DNA of 64,000 bases from Myxococcales bacterium. Its GTDB lineage: Bacteria; Desulfobacterota; Binatia; HRBIN30. The position numbers were made by a program, and so were the translations under genes. The stretch is taken from assembly GCA_037445065.1 (NCBI GenBank), contig JBBILD010000002.1, forward strand, positions 1 to 64,000. The letters are read 5' to 3'. Numbering within the stretch: the stretch's first letter is position 1; the number at the start of each line of letters is the position of its first letter. Shown one piece after another: positions 59,522 through 64,000 of this stretch. The notes beneath the pieces were generated by a model. That model saw nothing but the letters and a program-made list of their open reading frames with translations. It had not been told where the DNA came from and searched no databases.

Positions 59522-60481
59522 ATGTATGCTCGAAAAGCCTATGTGCGAGTCCTGGGAGTCTCTCTAACGTTCGCGTTCCTGTCCGTCGCAGAGCCCGCTT
59601 GTAAGCAACAACCGGTTGGTAAGGCGCAGCCGTCGGCTGCCACACCAGTTCTGATAATGGCCTCGCCGGGGCCGCGCTTCTCCATGGAGGAACTGCACCG
59701 AATGGGTGGCGTCCCGGCCGGCTGGCAACTGAGTCCGCCCCCGGGCGACGTAAACCGCGGGCGAGAAGCCTTCGTAAGCTTTGGGTGCCACCGTTGCCAC
59801 GCGATTGCAGGAGAGGCTTTTCCCGAGAGTCGAAGCGGCCCTGGCCCGGAACTCACGGGGATGGGGGAGCACCACCCCCCAGCGTACTTTGTAGAAGCCA
59901 TTCTCAATCCAAACGGAATCCTCATCGAGGGTCCGGATTATTTGACAGCGGAGGGCACTTCGCGAATGCCCTCATATCCGGACATGAGCTTGGCCGAGCT
60001 GGCGGACCTGGTTGCCTACCTGTCGAGCCTGAGAGGCAGTGAGGGGACGAGCCATCCCCATCATCGGCCTGAGAGCGCCGAGAAGCACGCTGGGACCCAT
60101 TATGGGCCGGGGAGCGCAGAGGAGCATGCGGGGCACCATGACCACGCTTCTGCGACAGGCGATGCAGAACGCTGGGCTTACGTGCTGCAAGTGTACGAGC
60201 TCCCCGAACACCTACTCGAGTCTTTTTACGATTGGTTCGCCCGCAATGAAGATCGGGCAATCCCCGGTCTTGCGCGTATCGAGACGTATGCCAGTCGCCT
60301 GCGGACGCCCACGGGAAACATTACGGTTGCGACCATGTTTGCCTTCGAAAACGAGGCTCTTGCCTCGTCCTTCCTGAACAGGCAGGAAGCCCAGCCTACC
60401 AACACGTTCGTGCGTCCTGTGGAGCAAGTGCTGCTGAGAAGCCCCGTACTCTTCCGCGCAGTACAAATGAGCCGCCCATAG
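59522..60481 (+). CDS. Exported mono-heme cytochrome c with His-rich linker and C-terminal domain
   Basis: GCHRCH, GPELTG, SRMPSY (probable axial Met), 9-His segment. Confidence 0.82.
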   Translation: MYARKAYVRVLGVSLTFAFLSVAEPACKQQPVGKAQPSAATPVLIMASPGPRFSMEELHRMGGVPAGWQLSPPPGDVNRGREAFVSFGCHRCHAIAGEAFPESRSGPGPELTGMGEHHPPAYFVEAILNPNGILIEGPDYLTAEGTSRMPSYPDMSLAELADLVAYLSSLRGSEGTSHPHHRPESAEKHAGTHYGPGSAEEHAGHHDHASATGDAERWAYVLQVYELPEHLLESFYDWFARNEDRAIPGLARIETYASRLRTPTGNITVATMFAFENEALASSFLNRQEAQPTNTFVRPVEQVLLRSPVLFRAVQMSRP

Positions 60482-60624
60482 TGGCGAGGAGAAAAATACA
60501 AGCGGCGGGCCAGAGTTTAAGAGGCCAGAATCGTGGTTGCTGTTTCCCGGCAGTTGTGGTCGGAAAGAACTACACGGCGCATACGACCGCAGGTGCCGGA
60601 TTCTGAAGCAGAGGGAGGGAGGAG

Positions 60625-61509
60625 ATGAGCGAACGCCTGGCAAATCGCGTGGCGATCATTACCGGTGGGGGAAGCGGGATCGGGCGCGCCTCGGTCCTGC
60701 GCTTTTTGGAAGAAGGGGCCGCGGTGGTGGTGGCGGATTACAATCCTTCTACCGGTGAGGAAACCGTGGAACTTGCCAGGCGTGCCGGTCATGGCTCGCG
60801 CGTGCGGTTTGTGCGAACGGACGTGGCCCAGGAAGCCGATGTACAGCAGGCCGTTCAGGTTGCACTGGAGCAGTTCGGCCGCCTGGATTGTATGTTCAAC
60901 AACGCAGGCGTGGCAGGTGCGTTTGGCCCGATCACGCACATTGCGGTGGAAGACTGGGACTACACATTTGCCGTGCTGGTACGGGGCGTATTTCTCGGCA
61001 TCAAGCACGCTGCTCGGGTGATGAAGCGGCAGGGAAGTGGCGGGGTGATTCTCAACACTGCTTCGATTGCTGGACTCAGTGGGGGAGACGGCCCACAGGC
61101 GTATTCTGCAGCGAAGGCAGCGGTCATCAATTTGAGCCGGGCAGTCGCAATCGAGTTGGCCCCCGACAAGATCCGGGTGAATGCGATTTGCCCCGGCGGG
61201 GTTCTTACCCCGCTCCTCCATCGGGGGAATCCGGAGGGTGCTGTTGCATTTCTGGAGACCTTCCAGCCCTGGCCCGAAGCGGGTCAGCCCGAGCACATTG
61301 CGTCTGTGGCCGCCTTTCTGGCTTCGGACGACGCTCGCTTCATCACAGGCGCTGCCATTGTCGTTGATGGGGGTGCGACTGCGTGCGGTTCGAATGCCAT
61401 CCGCCACTTGCGGGGAGCCTCGCCACTGCCGCTCCAAGGCGTTGCCGGAGTGGATCGAGGCACCACAGGAGAGCAAATTGAACTGCGGCAAGTGTCAGAG
61501 GCGGACTGA
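60625..61509 (+). CDS. Short-chain dehydrogenase/reductase
   Basis: TGGGSGIG, NNAG, YSAAK, IRVNAICPG. Confidence 0.95.
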   Translation: MSERLANRVAIITGGGSGIGRASVLRFLEEGAAVVVADYNPSTGEETVELARRAGHGSRVRFVRTDVAQEADVQQAVQVALEQFGRLDCMFNNAGVAGAFGPITHIAVEDWDYTFAVLVRGVFLGIKHAARVMKRQGSGGVILNTASIAGLSGGDGPQAYSAAKAAVINLSRAVAIELAPDKIRVNAICPGGVLTPLLHRGNPEGAVAFLETFQPWPEAGQPEHIASVAAFLASDDARFITGAAIVVDGGATACGSNAIRHLRGASPLPLQGVAGVDRGTTGEQIELRQVSEAD

Positions 61510-61528
61510 CTCCGAGCTGGAACATGAG

Positions 61529-62047
61529 ATGCACGAGGATTGGACCACGCTCTTCGCACATTTGACCAGCGGGATTTACATCTTGACGACGGGCTCGGGC
61601 GAACATGCCCACGGCATGTCTGCCTCATGGGTATCGCAAGTGTCCGCAGATCCGCCCCTGCTCGGACTGGCCCTCGGCAAGCAATACCGGAGCTGCAGGT
61701 GGGTCGAGGCAAACGGACGTTTTGCCTTGAACGTAGTCGGTAAACGGTCGCGCTTCTTGCAAGACCACTTCCATGCCGCGGCCGTGCGGGGTCATGGTCA
61801 CATGCAAGGAGTGCGCTGGGAAGCCTCGCCGGCCGGGCTTCCCTGGCTGTTGGATGCCCTGGTCTGCATGGATTGCGAGGTAGTGGAGCGTCATCCGATT
61901 GGGGACCGAATCTGGTTTGTTGCGCGTGCCACGGCGTGGCGCGGTGGCGTGCCAGATCTTCCGCTGTCGTCCGCCGACCTGCCGTATGTTTTTGTGGGAC
62001 GGCTGATTTCCGCACCGTGGCGGGGAGCAACAAAGGAGCATGAGTAA
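61529..62047 (+). CDS. Flavin reductase-like protein
   Basis: SGIYILT, GMSASWVSQVSADPP, FALNV, DCEVV; GDR in place of the usual GDH. Confidence 0.82.
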   Translation: MHEDWTTLFAHLTSGIYILTTGSGEHAHGMSASWVSQVSADPPLLGLALGKQYRSCRWVEANGRFALNVVGKRSRFLQDHFHAAAVRGHGHMQGVRWEASPAGLPWLLDALVCMDCEVVERHPIGDRIWFVARATAWRGGVPDLPLSSADLPYVFVGRLISAPWRGATKEHE

Positions 62048-63399
62048 TGCTGCGCAAGAAGTTAGCCGTGGCGTGCCTTGGGCTGAGCAGCGTTTTTGGG
62101 CTGCCAGCCGCGTACGCGCAAGTTTTGCAGTACGCGGGGGCGATCGAACGGAGCGAGGTCGCGCCTCTGGGTGGGGCCCATGGCGTGTCCGTTGCTCCCG
62201 ACGGCTCGCAAATCTTTGCGGTCGCTTTTGATGACAATGCTTTACTTGTCTGGGTTCGTGATGCCAGGACTGGAAGCCTGACTTTTGCTCAAGCGTTTGT
62301 CGAAGGGGTGGGCGGAATCTCGGGATTGTTTCGCGCAGTGCGTGTAACCCCATCCCCAGACGGGACAGGAGTGTACGTAGGTGCGTTCTTTGGCGACTCC
62401 GTTGCTGTTTTTCGGCGCGATTCTCAAGGGGTTCTCCGTTTCGAGCAAGCACTATTCGGTGGGGCGAGCGGGGTATTCGGGCTCACCCAGGTTCGAGATC
62501 TCGAATTTTCCCCCGATGGGCGCTTCCTCTATGTAGCCAGTTACGGGGACAACGCGGTTCTCGTGCTCGAGCGAAGCGAGAGGGACGGTTCGCTGCGGCC
62601 CATAGAGGTCGTCTCCGATCGAGATGAAGGCGGCACAGTCCCGGGACTTGTGCGGCCGACCTCACTCGCAGTCAGCCCGGATGGGCAGCAGGTGTACACC
62701 GCCTGCACCGGATCGCAGAGCTTGGTCGTGTTCGACCGGGACGCTAGGAGCGGGACCCTCGTACACGAAGCAACCTTTTTCCAGGGCGAGGGCGGGATCC
62801 GCGGCTTGAGCGGCGCAGAAGCGCTGGCTGTGAGTCCCGACGGCCGTGACCTTTACGTTGCCGGTGGCGACGGCGTCGCGCACTTCGCGCGCCGCCCTGA
62901 AGGCGTGTTCTACGTCCGCAGCATGGACGGCGAGGTGGTTGGTGAGTCAGGGGTGGCCGGCCCGAGTGACTTGGCGCTAACGCCTCAGGGCAACTACGCT
63001 TTTTTAACGCGAGCTGGGGACGACACCTTGGTCGTGTTGCAGCGAGATGCATCCAGCGGAGCGCTCGATCTTGTGGAGCTGCACCGCGCGGCTGACGAAC
63101 CCCGTCCGGGACTGCGCGGTGCCAGCTCTGTGGCCCTGTCACCGGACGGCAGGTGGGTCTACGTGGCGGGTCAGTTCGACGACGCTGTCGGCGTTTTTCG
63201 GCGGATCCCTGCTTGCCTGGGAGACTGCGACGAGGACGGGGAAGTTACGGTCGACGAGTTGACTCGGGCCGTCCGGGTTGCGCTAAGGCAGACTGTGGAC
63301 CTCGATTGCTGGCAAGCGGACCGTGATGCTGATGGCGAGCTTACCGTGGACGAGATCGTGGCTGCGGTGCGGCGCGCGCTGGTTGGCTGCGGCGGGTGA
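62047..63399 (+). CDS. Exported lactonase-like beta-propeller protein with C-terminal Cys-dockerin-like module
   Basis: Seven SPDG-type blades (APDG, SPDG x5, TPQG); signal peptide ending AYA; CLGDCDEDGEVTVDEL...DRDADGELTVDEI...LVGC. Confidence 0.88.
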   Translation: MLRKKLAVACLGLSSVFGLPAAYAQVLQYAGAIERSEVAPLGGAHGVSVAPDGSQIFAVAFDDNALLVWVRDARTGSLTFAQAFVEGVGGISGLFRAVRVTPSPDGTGVYVGAFFGDSVAVFRRDSQGVLRFEQALFGGASGVFGLTQVRDLEFSPDGRFLYVASYGDNAVLVLERSERDGSLRPIEVVSDRDEGGTVPGLVRPTSLAVSPDGQQVYTACTGSQSLVVFDRDARSGTLVHEATFFQGEGGIRGLSGAEALAVSPDGRDLYVAGGDGVAHFARRPEGVFYVRSMDGEVVGESGVAGPSDLALTPQGNYAFLTRAGDDTLVVLQRDASSGALDLVELHRAADEPRPGLRGASSVALSPDGRWVYVAGQFDDAVGVFRRIPACLGDCDEDGEVTVDELTRAVRVALRQTVDLDCWQADRDADGELTVDEIVAAVRRALVGCGG

Positions 63400-63426
63400 G
63401 AGAATCGTGGTGTCGGGAGGCGAGGG

Positions 63427-64000
63427 ATGTCCTGGTGGTTGGCGCTGTTAGCACTGGTGAGCGGGTGGCTTACGTGGAACGTGTACCGTCCCGCGTACGC
63501 ACCGGGCCGGCGAGCCGCAGTCAGTTTCTTCCTGGGCTGGTTGGTCGGTGAGCTGGCGCTCCACCATGTCGCGGCGCAAGCGGTGCTCGCTTTTGCTCTC
63601 GTGTGGAATGGAGCGCTGGAGCGGGGAGTTGGCGTCCTCGCTGGATTTGGATTGCTGGCAGCCTGGGTGCTCCTGGTGCGGACATACTTCAAGGGCGAAG
63701 AAGCTGCTTGGGTGATGGAACAAGCTCTCCGCGAGGAACTCGGTCCGGACTACCGGGAGCGCGTTCCCCCCGAAATCCGTGAGAAGTGGGTGGAGCGCCC
63801 GGACTGGAAGAAAATCGCGTTTCCGTTTCCGATCCGGGATCCGAACGTCGAACGAATTGCTGATGTTTTCTATCGGCGCGTAGCCGGAGTGAACCTCAGG
63901 CTCGACATCTACCGGCACCGAGACCGCCCGAAGAATTGCCCCTTGCTGATACAGATTCACGGCGGCGGCTGGGTCATCGGGAGCAAGAATGAGCAGGGTC
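63427..64000 (+). CDS. Membrane-anchored alpha/beta hydrolase (HGGG esterase), truncated by window edge
   Basis: Manual translation MSWWLALLALVSGWLTWNVYRP...LDIYR...LIQIHGGGWVIGSKNEQG; open to the end of the window. Confidence 0.85.
   Translation, partial: MSWWLALLALVSGWLTWNVYRPAYAPGRRAAVSFFLGWLVGELALHHVAAQAVLAFALVWNGALERGVGVLAGFGLLAAWVLLVRTYFKGEEAAWVMEQALREELGPDYRERVPPEIREKWVERPDWKKIAFPFPIRDPNVERIADVFYRRVAGVNLRLDIYRHRDRPKNCPLLIQIHGGGWVIGSKNEQG

Noticed and set aside
60517..62452. Long minus-strand ORFs (324, 317 and 275 aa)
   Set aside because: Antisense to well-supported SDR, flavin reductase and beta-propeller genes; expected in GC-rich DNA.
1..64000. CRISPR arrays, IS elements, integrases, rRNA and tRNA genes
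   Set aside because: No regularly spaced repeats, transposase or integrase motifs, or RNA gene signatures seen by eye.

Overview
Bacterial chromosomal window of roughly 55-62% GC by eye. Bases 1-14589 hold the end of tuf followed by an uninterrupted S10-spc-alpha ribosomal supercluster (rpsJ to rplQ, with secY, map and rpoA), which lacks adk and infA at their usual positions. Next come a cytochrome P450, an argH-lipoprotein-lysA-dapF-dapA-dapB operon, uvrB, coaBC, lipid/envelope genes (PgsA-like, HpnI-like, MltG, PAP2), Mrp plus DUF971, aat, a stand-alone DGQHR protein and a gcdH/LysR pair. The accessory right half encodes many exported proteins: OmpA, a lipoprotein RidA, a PL26-like protein, a Pro/Thr-linker alpha/beta-hydrolase, an MbnH-type di-heme enzyme, a His-rich cytochrome c and a beta-propeller; AtuA also lies here. 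The strongest signal is a ~59-aa four-Cys, double Ca-loop, dockerin-like module (CxxDCxxDxxVxVDE...C...DxxxxGExTxxE...LxxC) fused to three unrelated exported proteins, accompanied by Pro/Thr linkers. This suggests a modular, cellulosome-like surface-display system. This module and the gene content suggest Candidatus Binatia (Binatota); that assignment is inference from pattern recall, not from a search. I found no rRNA, tRNA, CRISPR array or mobile element. Many start codons were trimmed by eye from the ORF track.
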